Shown in pieces: positions 10,417-20,431 of a stretch of 64,000 nucleotides of DNA (positions are counted from its first letter, which is position 1; every line of letters starts with the position of its first letter). Under the pieces are notes generated by a model. That model did not search any database. It saw only the letters and a program-made list of their open reading frames with translations, and had not been told where the DNA came from. The position numbers and the translations under genes were made by a program. Location of the stretch: contig CAWIIQ010000001.1 in assembly GCA_963836185.1 (NCBI GenBank), positions 1,760,001 through 1,824,000 of the forward strand. Reading direction: 5' to 3'. This DNA is from Candidatus Krumholzibacteriia bacterium (lineage in GTDB: Bacteria > Krumholzibacteriota > Krumholzibacteriia > Krumholzibacteriales > Krumholzibacteriaceae).

Positions 10417-11262
10417 TCACATGGGCCTGTTGCGCCTCTGCGTCACAGGCACTTCCTTGTTCTCCAGATCCCTGATCCCCTCACGGATGATCCTTCCATC
10501 GATCGTCCGCGTATTCGAGACATATCCGATCAGAAGCGCCCTGTCGCAGAGCACATTTATCAGCCTCGGCGTGCCTCCGGAATAATGGAATATCTCGTCC
10601 ATCGCATCTGGAGTGAATACAGGACCACCGTTATGTTTTCCGGCGATATCGAGCCTGTAGTCGATATATCTCTCGAGATCTTCCCTGCTGAGGATGGGTA
10701 TCCTGCATATCCCCGGGATCCGCTGCCTCAGCTGTCGCATCTCGTTGAGATTAAGCATCGTCTCAAGTTCCGGCTGTCCGACCAGCATTATCTGGATGAG
10801 CTTCCTGTCACGTGTCTCGAGATTCGAAAGCATCCGCAGTTCCTCGAGAACATCTGGGCTCAGATTCTGTGCTTCATCTATGATAAGGACCGTGTTCCTG
10901 TTCTTGTCGTACTGATCGAGCAGAAACTTGTTCAATGTCATCAGCATCTGGGCCTTGTTCTGTCCATCGACCTCCAGGCCGAAGTCGTTGCAGACGAGGT
11001 AGAGGAGCTGATCGAAAGGGAACTTTGTCGTGAATACGAACGCGACCTCCAGCGATGGCTGGAACAGATCTATAAACGCGTTCACCACGGTAGTCTTCCC
11101 TACTCCTACCTCCCCCGTTACGGCAATAAATCCCTTCTTCTGGAATATTCCGTAGGTGATGTAGGCCAGCGCATCCCTGTGGCTCGTACTCCTGTAGAGG
11201 AACCTGGGATCAGGCGTGACGTTGAAGGGAAGCTCTTTGAACCCGTAATATTCCTCATACAT
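10417..11262 (-). CDS. ExeA/GspA-like AAA ATPase (PEP-CTERM/exosortase-locus type)
   Basis: MYEEYYGFKELPFNVTPDP, GEVGVGKT, IIDEAQNL, LVGQPEL, GGTPRLIN. Confidence 0.9.
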   Translation of the reverse strand: MYEEYYGFKELPFNVTPDPRFLYRSTSHRDALAYITYGIFQKKGFIAVTGEVGVGKTTVVNAFIDLFQPSLEVAFVFTTKFPFDQLLYLVCNDFGLEVDGQNKAQMLMTLNKFLLDQYDKNRNTVLIIDEAQNLSPDVLEELRMLSNLETRDRKLIQIMLVGQPELETMLNLNEMRQLRQRIPGICRIPILSREDLERYIDYRLDIAGKHNGGPVFTPDAMDEIFHYSGGTPRLINVLCDRALLIGYVSNTRTIDGRIIREGIRDLENKEVPVTQRRNRPM

Positions 11263-11267
11263 GGCAA

Positions 11268-12636
11268 TTACTGCTCAGAGTCAGGAAAACTTGCCAGTAC
11301 CTGACATCCAAGTGTCTCCTCGGCCTCGGCCACGTTCTTGATCGAGTGGTCGAGGTTATCGATGAAAAAGGCAAAACCAAGCGCTACGACGAGGCTGAAG
11401 ATCGGCCCCAGCGCCATCCTGACATAATCTCTCGTCTTTTTCTGGTATGCCGGCGCCGCCGGAGAAAGTACCGTTATGTTCCATTCGGGATTGCTTGCCT
11501 TGGTCAGCTTCGCGTTCATATGCTGTTGCGAAAGTTCGTCGTACTGCTTTTCGGCCCTCACGAGGGCCATATTGATGCTCTGCAGCTCGACCTCCATCTG
11601 GGAGAAGACCGCCTTGCCCTCCTCGAGCATCGCGATCTGGGCCATCAGCTCTCTCTCCTTGATCCTAAGCAGATCGAGGTTCGCGCTGTTTACCGTCGAG
11701 AAGGACCTGATCTCCTTGTCCAGGTAGAAATACAGGTCTTCTATCTGCTTCCTCACCTGCTTGAGATCCCTGTGAGCATCAGTGTATTTTACAGAGAGCT
11801 CCGACTCGACCAGCCGGAGATCCATCAGTTTCTCAGTATATCTTTCTATCGCGGTCTGTTTGGCGCCTTCCCGCTGGAGTGTATTCGACAGGGCTGCCTG
11901 CTCGTCGATGTCCAGCGACCTGAAGTCTTCCAGTTTCCGCATTATCTCTCTTTTTTCGGAGATATCCCTTCGTACTTCATCGAGTTCGACCTGGTACCTG
12001 ACCAGGCGATCGAGTGCCGCCCTTTCCTGCTGCTCCATATCGATGATACCCGATTCTGTCTCCAGCTTCGTCTTCTTCTCCCTCAGGTGCGTAATCTCCC
12101 TCTGGAGACTGGACATCTCCTCTGAGAAGAAATCTTCCATCTCCGGTGGAGTCCGTGCATCGAGATAGTATTCCTTGTACGAGTTGATCACAGCGTTCGC
12201 CGCTGCCCTGCAGAAGACCGGATCGCTCGAGGTATATGCGATCCACAAGACATTGGAAGTCCCGACCACCCCGGCGTCGATCCTCCATTCGTTCAGTTTT
12301 TCACCTGTCTCGAACCCTTCGGGGAAATATCTCAGTGACTATCTCCTGGGCTCTGCCGGATACTACCTCCGATTTGATCATCTCTATCTGGGAGGCCATC
12401 TCCTCTTCCCACGACAACGTTCTGATTTGCGTGTTGTAGACGCCTGTGGCCTCTCCTCTCTTCACGAGCAGCCTGCCTGCCGACTCGTATACTGCCGGCT
12501 CCCTCATGTTGAGCAGGAAGACAGCGGCTGTTGAAATCAAAACAACCCCCAGGATCATCCACTTCCGTCGGAAGATTACCTCGAGGAAATCCTTTACAGT
12601 CGATTCCTTGCTTGTAGTCAGGCTCGTTTCCGCCAT
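11268..12636 (-). CDS. GumC/Wzz-type polysaccharide co-polymerase; one frameshift near 12321-12327
   Basis: The N-terminal part (MAETSL...FRRKWMIL, TM) and the coiled-coil + C-terminal TM part (11268..12269) join if one base is removed from the GGGG/AAA run, giving ...EIFPEGFETGEKLNEWRIDAGVVGTSN. Confidence 0.8.
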
Positions 12637-12640
12637 ATTC

Positions 12641-13436
12641 CTACCTGCCGATAACCCTGGCATAATATTCGTAATAAAGACTCGACGTTGGCTATCTGCC
12701 AACCCTTAAGATACATCTCCATCGGTTTTCCGATAATGTTATACAGCCTGTTTATGAACTGCTCGGTCGTCGCGATCCTCGATTTCGGGACGTATACGAT
12801 ATCAAACGGCTTGAGCGGGATGTCGAGAGAAAAATCGTTCTTCGAGAGTATCCCGTCGATATCGACCTCTATCCCGATGATATGATCCTCCGCTATCCGC
12901 CTGATCACAAGTACATTGCTCTTGCGCGCATCATTGGTATAGCCGTACGCGACTGCCAGAGCCTTTGTGAGAGTCATGTCACGGACATATTCGTAGTCTC
13001 CCGGGGTCCCGACCTCACCGAGGACGTAGACCATCTGGGGCTGAAAATCCCTCACCATCACTGTTATCTGCGGGTCGAGGACGATCTCGGCAAATTTCTC
13101 GGTCAGAACACTGTCGAGGTCTGCCGGGGACATTCCTGCGACAAACATCTCGCCCGCCAGGGGATATGTTATCCTCCCGTCAGGACGGACCTTGATCTCT
13201 TCTCTTGAATATTTCGTCTCGTACAGGAAATTGACGTCCAGCACATCTCCATATCCGATGTAGTAGCTCTCCGCTTCCGGAGCGGCCGGAATACTGTCCG
13301 TATCGAGGTCGGACCATACGACCTCGTCGCCGACCTGATCGTACATCCGGCCGCTTCCGCCGCATCCGGCCACCATGAGCGCAGCCGCAGTCAGCAGAGC
13401 TAACGTTATATACAGGCGAATCTTTCGACCCTTCAT
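12641..13436 (-). CDS. wza: Wza-like polysaccharide export lipoprotein; frameshift near 12676-12678
   Basis: Lipobox VAGC, YYIGYGDVL...VRPDGRITYPLAGE and SLBB segment VYVLGEV. Removing one base gives the end ESYYEYYARVIGR-stop, 4 nt before the GumC ATG. Confidence 0.85.
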
Positions 13437-13534
13437 CGTATCGACCCTTGCAGGGGGCACCGCCGGAACCCGTAAATCAGGTTAACCGGCGAGAAGTTAA
13501 CCCGTTAGAGACAGTTTGTCAAACAAGTTTTAGG

Positions 13535-13550
13535 GCAAGAATGATGCCAG
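13535..13550 (-). promoter_or_regulatory. Sigma-54 (-24/-12) promoter upstream of wza
   Basis: Minus strand reads CTGGCATCATTCTTGC, an exact GG-N10-GC, about 100 nt before the wza start. Confidence 0.75.
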
Positions 13551-13557
13551 ACTGGAA

Positions 13558-14253
13558 TCAATAGGCCCCTTTCCTGGCTATCACGGCTGGGATGGTTTTG
13601 AGCATGATCTTCATATCCGTGATAAGGCTTCTGTTGCGGATATATTCCAGATCGAGTCTCATCCACTCCTGGAATCCGATGTGACTTCTACCGGCGATCT
13701 GCCAATAGCATGTGATCCCGGGAGTTACATCCAATCGTCTTCTCTGCCAGGGAAGGTATTGTGAGACCTCAGATGGGAGATTGGGACGCGGACCTACTAT
13801 ACTCATGTCGCCCTTGAGCACGTTAAGAAGCTGGGGAAGTTCATCAAGGCTCGACCGCCTGAGGAACCTGCCTGTGCTGGTGACCCTTGGATCCTCCTTC
13901 AGTTTAAAAACGGGCCCGTCGACGCCGCTGAGGGGCCTCAGAGACGCTATTACGTTCTCTGCCCCTGTATGCATCGAGCGAAACTTGAAAAAATCAAACT
14001 CCCGTCCACTTTTGCCTACCCTCTTCTGCCTGAAAAGGACGGGGCCTGGTGAGTCGAGTTTGATAAGAATGACTATTATGGGTATCACCGGAAGTAACAG
14101 CAACAGGATCAATGATGCTACAGCGATGTCCGTAAATCTCTTAAAGATATCGAAGGTCCTCTTCTTCTCGACTGCCGGGCTGTCGATGGAATCTTCGATC
14201 ATGGAGCTCGCGGGCTCTGTTAAAAGCTCTTGAAGTTCGGGGTACCCAGTCAT
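13558..14253 (-). CDS. Priming phosphoglycosyl transferase (bacterial sugar transferase family, small monotopic type)
   Basis: KRFTDI, FKFRSM, DPRVT, LDELPQLLNVLKGDMSIVGPRP, PGIT. Confidence 0.93.
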   Translation of the reverse strand: MTGYPELQELLTEPASSMIEDSIDSPAVEKKRTFDIFKRFTDIAVASLILLLLLPVIPIIVILIKLDSPGPVLFRQKRVGKSGREFDFFKFRSMHTGAENVIASLRPLSGVDGPVFKLKEDPRVTSTGRFLRRSSLDELPQLLNVLKGDMSIVGPRPNLPSEVSQYLPWQRRRLDVTPGITCYWQIAGRSHIGFQEWMRLDLEYIRNRSLITDMKIMLKTIPAVIARKGAY

Positions 14254-14262
14254 TGCTCCTCC

Positions 14263-14296
14263 AAAAAAACCCGGATCTGATACTTCAGCCCGGGTT
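14263..14296 (-). terminator. Intrinsic terminator in the 5' leader, immediately before the RBS of the sugar transferase
   Basis: Minus strand reads AACCCGG-GCTGAAGTATCAGAT-CCGGGTT, then a T-run, then GGAGGAGCA-ATG. Confidence 0.7.
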
Positions 14297-14408
14297 CTGG
14301 CGCATTAAAAAAACTGCTGCAGAAACTCACTTCGGGTCAATCATGTTGCCAAAGCTGAAGTAAATACCTGTAGCAGAATTCCCTGAGTACACCTCCTGTA
14401 TAATGCAT

Positions 14409-14438
14409 ATAGTAGCACTAATAGAGCCTCGTTGTCAA
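14409..14438 (-). promoter_or_regulatory. Sigma-70-type promoter for the sugar-transferase leader
   Basis: Minus strand TTGACA-18 nt-TACTAT. Confidence 0.7.
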
Positions 14439-14491
14439 CAGCTATGTTATGGGTACAATACCTGGTTTCCTGAAATCCTGTGTGACCTGGA

Positions 14492-15438
14492 TCAGGAAAG
14501 CAGGGCTGAGTAGATCAGGGGGATCATTATCTCGTGGTGTCCCGTGAGTGATATAGCTTCTCCGCCGAATGCGGAAGGACGAGAAAGGACATTCTCACCG
14601 GGACGGTAATGAGATGTCATATCCAGGTTACAGGCTGTTATCCCTTCGAATCCCGCCCCGAGGTTTCTCGCGACGCTCAAAGCCTTGAGGAATACCTCCG
14701 GCAGTATTACAGCGGAACCGGCATTTACGATGACACCACCGTTCTCACCGAGCCCCCGACTCTTGCGGTAAATATTCTGAAATCCCTCGCCGAAAGTTCA
14801 CCCCAGAGCGCTCCGTCAAAGCCGGGATGCTGCACGACGATATCGGTTCCGATAGCCACGTGAACAGTGACCGGCACATTCTCGGCGGCGGCTCTTGCGG
14901 TGATGCTTACATCCCTGTGCGGAGCGTCGCTCGAGGCGATGAACCGCCCGACCGCCTCGCCCAGCCCGAGCCCTTCCTCAGCTCCCATGTCTACTGCTTC
15001 GAAGAGGAGCGCCGCTGTCTCTTCCGCGAATCCGAAAACGCCCTTCTCGAGCTGCGATGAGACATCCTCGGAAGTCTTCCCGAAGAACGCCAGTTCCAGG
15101 TCATGAATTATTCCCGCTCCGTTGAGGGCCAGAGCAGTAAGGTATCCCTTTTTCATCAGGTCGGCCAGGTATGGAGAGAGGCCGCATTTTATAACATGCG
15201 CACCTGCCATCCAGATCAGTTCCCGGTCCTTCCCCGAGCGCGCTCTGCGCATCGCCAGTGTCAGTTTTCTCAGCCGGCTCACTGCCAGCTGGTCGGGAAG
15301 CGAGTCGAGCCATTTCCGGAATGCCTTGCCGCCCTTGACGGGGGTTCCCATCATGCCGACGGTGACCTTGCTGTCCCTTTCGGAGACAGGCGTGGTCCTC
15401 ACCTTGCCGAGATCGATCTCTTCGTATCCGCTTCCCAT
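14492..15438 (-). CDS. Conserved protein with a deoxyhypusine-synthase-like fold (GSU2086-like); frameshift near 14753-14757
   Basis: MGSGYEEIDL...GAHVIKCG...NGAGIIHD...VHVAIGTDI. Adding one base to the 5-base run continues as GSAVILPEVFLKALSVARNLG...HYRP...GHHEIMIP. Confidence 0.7.
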
Positions 15439-16329
15439 CAGGGTGATGATCCTTCCTTTTCGATGATGAGCGGGCCTGTCGGGAGCCACTGTGAACTCCT
15501 TCAGGACAGCCTCGAAAGATCCGACGGCCACTTTCGAGCGCATGAGCACGGGCATCCGGAAGTTATCATCGGTCAGCCATATTGTCAACTTTCCCGTATT
15601 CTCGAAGATAGCGCTCGTCTCGAGGACCGGCTCTATAACCAGGCAGTCGAACTTGCCTGCCTGTACCTCGATCTGCTCCCGGCGAAGGGCCTTGACAAAG
15701 ATCGGATAGTTCTTGCCGTCCGAATGATTCGGCATCCAGACCGCCTGCCCGGGCTCGAGAGGGATCGTCCTGATATAGTAGAGAGCTGAGATGAAATCCT
15801 GGGTGTTCGGAGGGATCCCCACCTCCTCTTCGGGATAGATGGCCAGATGGTTCTGCTGATCGAAATCCACTACCTTGTCCCGTCTGAACTTGCCCTCCCT
15901 GAGGTGTTTCTCGAACCGCAATGTATACAGGTTTTCCATGTCCATGTACGACTCGTGCCTGTCCCTGACCTTGTAGACGACATCGAATGTCTTGTTTGTC
16001 CTGGCGACAGAGACGAGATGATAGGCAGGGCGGCCGTTTAACACTGCATCGCTGCGCACCTCGAGCGTCGCGTCCCCGGCATAGATCAACCCGTACTGGA
16101 TCGCGAATACAAGGTACTCTCCCTCCCCGAACGGAACCATGTCAGGAACCGGATGAACAAGTTCGAAGCCTTCGATCATCTCATACCCGTGATCGGTGCC
16201 GCTGTTCGTTACGACATGAGCGGTTTCCTGGGCTCCCACACCTGCTGCGAATCGACCCGAAATGAGGACACAGAGTGTAATGAGGAGGATAACCGGTATC
16301 CTGCTCCTGATTTTCATTTTCCTCATCAT
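15438..16329 (-). CDS. DUF3108-like exported protein; apparent frameshift near 15472-15474 fuses it to the next gene
   Basis: Signal peptide, PFGEGEYL...AG, VQAGKFDC and IWLTDD..MPV. Removing one base ends it DRPLIIEKEGSSP-TGA in a TGATG overlap with the next ATG. Confidence 0.75.
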
Positions 16330-16435
16330 ATTCCCCTAACATGTTATTATCACATACTATATCGTTTCGTTCACCGCCGGATCACTTTCCCGGCTAACTG
16401 TCGGTCATATATATGTGCAAGGGCCGTGCTCGAAA

Positions 16436-17497
16436 TCAAGCCGTGCCCGGCGCGAGAACCTTTTTGTATACCGCCAGCGTCCCGTCGACCATCTTTTCGA
16501 CATCGAACATGCGTGATCTTTCCAGAGCTCTCGAGGAGAATGATTCCCTGGCGGATGGCTCGACTGCCACTCTTTCGAGCGCTGCCGCGAGTTCTTCCTG
16601 ATTGCCAGGCGTAAAGAGGATCGCTCCATCATCACCTGTCACCTCCGGGATCCCGCCGGCGCTGCTGGCGACACAGGGAAGTCCCGAAGCCATCGCAGCC
16701 ATCAGTCCTGTTGAAAGGCCCTCCTCGATCGAAGGCAGTACGTATATGTCCAGCGTCCTGAGAAATTTTTCCAGCGGATCACCGTTCCCGATCCGGCATA
16801 TCTCCAGATCGATTCCGCGTTTCGCGGCTCCGGAAACTATCGAAACCTCGAGCCGGCCTCTTCCAGCGAGGACATACCGCAACCTGATGCCCCGCGATTC
16901 AAGGATCGATGCCGCATCGAGCAGGACCACGTGCCCTTTTTCCTTCTCGAATGCTGCAGCCGTGCCCACGACAAGCCTTTCCCCTGCTGAACGGTCCCTC
17001 GCGGCTGGAGAGAATCTCGTTAGATCTATGCCGCTGCGGACTATAGTCATCTTCTCGTCGGGGACGCCTCTTGAGCGCAGGCTTCCCGCTGCCGCCTCCG
17101 AGATCGGGATATAGTGCGCCACTCCTTTTCCGTATTTCAATATCGAGGCCAGCCCCCTGCCTCCTCCGAAGGCCGTCCTTCTGCTGACAACGAGTGGAGC
17201 CAGCCCTCTGCTCGCGATAAGAGCATAGGCATGTGCCTTGGAGGTCTGCGTATGGACGATATCAGGTCCCCAACTCTTTATATACTTTCTCAAGCGAAGA
17301 GGAGTCATGAATACCGGCGTCTCGAACGGGGCAGTCATCGATCCAGCGCCGGCAGGCAGCGCCGCTTCAAGTTCGGAGCCCGTCTTGACAGCGAATGCTG
17401 TTTCGATTCCGCGCTTTTGAAGGCGCAGCCCCAGCTCGAGAGTCTGGCTCTCTCCTCCCCGCATCGTCGCGGAACTGTTTATCAGCAGCACTCTCAC
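16436..17497 (-). CDS. Glycosyltransferase family 4
   Basis: RGGE, EKGH, EEGLSTGLMAAMASG (the second Glu of EX7E is replaced by Ala). Confidence 0.85.
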   Translation of the reverse strand: MRVLLINSSATMRGGESQTLELGLRLQKRGIETAFAVKTGSELEAALPAGAGSMTAPFETPVFMTPLRLRKYIKSWGPDIVHTQTSKAHAYALIASRGLAPLVVSRRTAFGGGRGLASILKYGKGVAHYIPISEAAAGSLRSRGVPDEKMTIVRSGIDLTRFSPAARDRSAGERLVVGTAAAFEKEKGHVVLLDAASILESRGIRLRYVLAGRGRLEVSIVSGAAKRGIDLEICRIGNGDPLEKFLRTLDIYVLPSIEEGLSTGLMAAMASGLPCVASSAGGIPEVTGDDGAILFTPGNQEELAAALERVAVEPSARESFSSRALERSRMFDVEKMVDGTLAVYKKVLAPGTA

Positions 17498-18579
17498 CCG
17501 TTCTCCTCTGCTCCGAGAATCGCCAGCAGTCTTCCGGCCACCTTCCCGGGATTGAACTGCCCCCGGACAAGGTCGCCTCCCTCCGTCGCGATGGAACCCG
17601 CGAACTTCCTGTCATCCCTCAGCCTCTTCAACTCCCCCGCGAGAAGGACAGCGTCCCCAGGCGGTACGCATACAAGATGCTTCCCGGGTGTGAATATCTC
17701 CCTTATGGCAGCGGTATCCGCGGTCACGACCGGCCGGCCGCACGCCATGGCCTGATATACCTTGTTGGGTATCACCATACCTGTCTTGGGAGTCGTACCG
17801 AAGACTCCGAGTACGGCATCCGCCTGCGAGATCAACCGGGGAAGTTCACTCTCAGGGACATTTCCGGAAAGCTCGATCTTCCCGCTGTCGAGTCCCTCTG
17901 CCCTCCGCATGAACTCTTCCATCGTCTGCCCGCTCCCTACGATCCGGAATCTGAATCCATCATCGAGCAGCCGGGCCGCCTCTACGATTATGTCGGTTCC
18001 ATGGAGCGGCAGAAAGGAACCGTAGAAGAGGACACGGAAAAGACCGTCCGGCTCACGGTCGGGCAGTCTGTTGAAGACCGTATCATCGTACCCCAGATAC
18101 AGTGTGCTTACCTTCTTCTCGTCGGCATCGAACTCATCGATATAAAACGCCGCATGTGCATCGGTATCAGCGAGGACGATGTCTGACATCCGCATGGTTA
18201 TCTTGTCGATATTCCAGTTATGCTGAGCCTGGGCTGAGCCCTCCTCCGCATCACCCCGGTCGAGTACCCTGGTCTCGTAACGCGAAACGAGTGGATCGAA
18301 AATCAGTCTCCTGCGTGGAACCCTCGACAGCATCCAGGCCAACGGCACGTCCTTGTGCCTGAAATCAGGCACAAAGAGAGGAGACCTTCGTGCCATGCAG
18401 TTGGTGATAAATCTTGCGAGCAGGAGTGGATAACGGAATACGGCCCTTCGTGAGCCGTCGGCACGGCATGAACCGACGCCGACACCGAGCCTCTCCAGTC
18501 CCTTTCTTATGATCGCGTTTCTTGGATAGTCCGGATCGTAGCCGCCGAAGAATACGATCTCGTCAGGCGCGGCTCTCAT
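17494..18579 (-). CDS. Glycosyltransferase family 4
   Basis: YGSFLPLHG and VIPNKVYQAMACG. Start placed at the ATGA overlap with the upstream GT2. Confidence 0.85.
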   Translation of the reverse strand: MRAAPDEIVFFGGYDPDYPRNAIIRKGLERLGVGVGSCRADGSRRAVFRYPLLLARFITNCMARRSPLFVPDFRHKDVPLAWMLSRVPRRRLIFDPLVSRYETRVLDRGDAEEGSAQAQHNWNIDKITMRMSDIVLADTDAHAAFYIDEFDADEKKVSTLYLGYDDTVFNRLPDREPDGLFRVLFYGSFLPLHGTDIIVEAARLLDDGFRFRIVGSGQTMEEFMRRAEGLDSGKIELSGNVPESELPRLISQADAVLGVFGTTPKTGMVIPNKVYQAMACGRPVVTADTAAIREIFTPGKHLVCVPPGDAVLLAGELKRLRDDRKFAGSIATEGGDLVRGQFNPGKVAGRLLAILGAEENG

Positions 18580-19352
18580 CGGCCTTCCTCCGGCGAGCCT
18601 CGGGAAAGTTCCCTGAGCCAGACATATTTGAAGAATACACTGGCGGCTGCAAGTGAGCACAGAGTCAACCCGGCGCTTCTGTCGAGGAATCCGAGCTGAA
18701 GAAAATACATTCTCAGAAACCTCGCCAACGGCCTGAGGAAAAGCCCGGGGAACCAGTGCCTCCCCTTCCTGTGGAGCTCTGATGCCCCCTTCCTGCTGTA
18801 GCTCTTCAATCGGTCCATATAGTCCTCGAGATCCCTGTAAGGGATGTGGTCGAGTCTCTCACGAAGGCGGCCCGCCACACCTTCGAGCTCGAGACTTTCA
18901 TGGACAGCACGCTCGGGATATCTCCCTCGCCCCCTCCTGAAGAGCCTCAGGACCTTGTCCCGGTCCCATCCACAATGACGGATAGTCGTTCCGAAAAAAT
19001 CGTTTCTGCGGTACAGCCAGAATCCGTTTTCCCGCGCCGACACTATCGCTTCCGCTATCTCATCGCGAAGCCGCGCGGAGAGGAATTCATCCGCGTCGAG
19101 GATCAGGATCCATTCAAGCGTCGCCTTCTCCATCGCCCAGTTCTTCTGGTCCGCATTCGACACAAACTCCCTGGTAAAGACTCTTGCCCCGAATTCTCCA
19201 GCTATACGAAGTGTCGTATCTGTGCTCATCGAATCTACGACGATGACTTCACCGACTCCACGCGCGCTTTCCAGGCACCGGCCGAGATTCTCCTCTTCGT
19301 TCAATGTAGTAACGATAAGAGATATCCTGGCCAGTTCAGTTTCAGTGCTCAT
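18576..19352 (-). CDS. GT2, WaaE/KdtX-like LPS core glucosyltransferase
   Basis: TLNEEENL, VDSMSTD, WILILDADE, VHE. Confidence 0.88.
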   Translation of the reverse strand: MSTETELARISLIVTTLNEEENLGRCLESARGVGEVIVVDSMSTDTTLRIAGEFGARVFTREFVSNADQKNWAMEKATLEWILILDADEFLSARLRDEIAEAIVSARENGFWLYRRNDFFGTTIRHCGWDRDKVLRLFRRGRGRYPERAVHESLELEGVAGRLRERLDHIPYRDLEDYMDRLKSYSRKGASELHRKGRHWFPGLFLRPLARFLRMYFLQLGFLDRSAGLTLCSLAAASVFFKYVWLRELSRGSPEEGR

Positions 19353-20428
19353 GCTTCACCGCCGATTACGTCTCTTACCTCGCTGAATACTTCATCGACT
19401 GAAATCATATCCATGCACCTGTTGGGCTCGCATTCCTTGTCCCTGCATCCTTCCGCGCAGTCGAGCCCTTTCCATATGACCCTGTGCAGACTGTTTACAG
19501 GATCCCAGATCCGCGGGTCTGTCGGCCCGAAGAGAGTGACGGTCGGTACGCCGAGCAGGACGGCGACATGCTTCGGACCTGAATCAATCCCGACGAGGAC
19601 CTTCATCCGGCCTATCAGCGCCCCGGCCTCGGCTACTCCCGTAGCAGGCGGAACGATCGCTCCCGGAACCTCCCTTGCGATCCGCTTCGCCAGTTCCTCT
19701 TCTCCCGGGCCCCACATGATCACCGGCCTTATGCCGAGTCCGCCAGATATCCTCCCCGCCAGTTCGATGAACCGGTCAAGCGGCCAGGCTTTCGACGGAT
19801 AGGTCGAGCCGGGAACGATACCCGCGAGATCCCGGTCCGTTTCGCCCAGTGAGCCGATGAAAGAGCTGGCCCACTGCGATCCTTCTGCAGCCGCCGGAAA
19901 CCCGTAAGGTTCATCACCTGAATCGATCCCGTGTCCTTCCTCCCCCTCTGGCAGCCCAAGCATCCGGCAGAGCTCAAGATTTGATTCTATAGTGTAGCAC
20001 CTGATACGTTTTCCGTCCCGTATTATAGTCCTTGGCAGGACTTCGTCATAATAACCGTTACGGCGCCCGGTATCCATCCCGACCTTGAGACGTGCCCCGC
20101 AGAACCGTGTGATCAAGGCGCTTCTCGGCGAGCTGAGCAGATCGATGGCGACATCGGGTCTTCTCTTTCTGATCCGCCTGACGGTTTCCACCTGACCTGC
20201 TGCTCCGTCAGGCAGCGGCAGAACTTCGTCGAGGCCGGTATCGCCGGCGAGAGCTTCGGAAAATCTTTCCTTTACGAGGCATCCGATCCATGCGCCCGGG
20301 AAAGATTCTCTGAACTGCCGGATAAGAGGCAGTGTGAGGACGATATCGCCCAGCGCGAAGAGCCGGATCAGCAGGATAGAATCGATGCCTTCCATATCCT
20401 TGAGATCGATGACCGTCGCGTCACTCAT
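19349..20428 (-). CDS. GT9 heptosyltransferase
   Basis: ALGDIVL, SKAWP, DSGPKHVA, LFGPT. Confidence 0.9.
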   Translation of the reverse strand: MSDATVIDLKDMEGIDSILLIRLFALGDIVLTLPLIRQFRESFPGAWIGCLVKERFSEALAGDTGLDEVLPLPDGAAGQVETVRRIRKRRPDVAIDLLSSPRSALITRFCGARLKVGMDTGRRNGYYDEVLPRTIIRDGKRIRCYTIESNLELCRMLGLPEGEEGHGIDSGDEPYGFPAAAEGSQWASSFIGSLGETDRDLAGIVPGSTYPSKAWPLDRFIELAGRISGGLGIRPVIMWGPGEEELAKRIAREVPGAIVPPATGVAEAGALIGRMKVLVGIDSGPKHVAVLLGVPTVTLFGPTDPRIWDPVNSLHRVIWKGLDCAEGCRDKECEPNRCMDMISVDEVFSEVRDVIGGEA

Positions 20429-20431
20429 AGC

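Noticed and set aside
14327-14392. 21-aa leader peptide (VYSGNSATGIYFSFGNMIDPK) in the sugar-transferase leader
   Set aside because: The AGGAG abuts the GTG with no spacing and there is no telling codon run. Not called, although it spans the antiterminator arm.
14725-16329. Apparent 534-aa DUF3108 / DHS-like fusion protein
   Set aside because: Removing one base restores a TGATG stop/start overlap at 15436-15440. An exported domain fused to a cytoplasmic enzyme is implausible, so this is probably an indel artefact.
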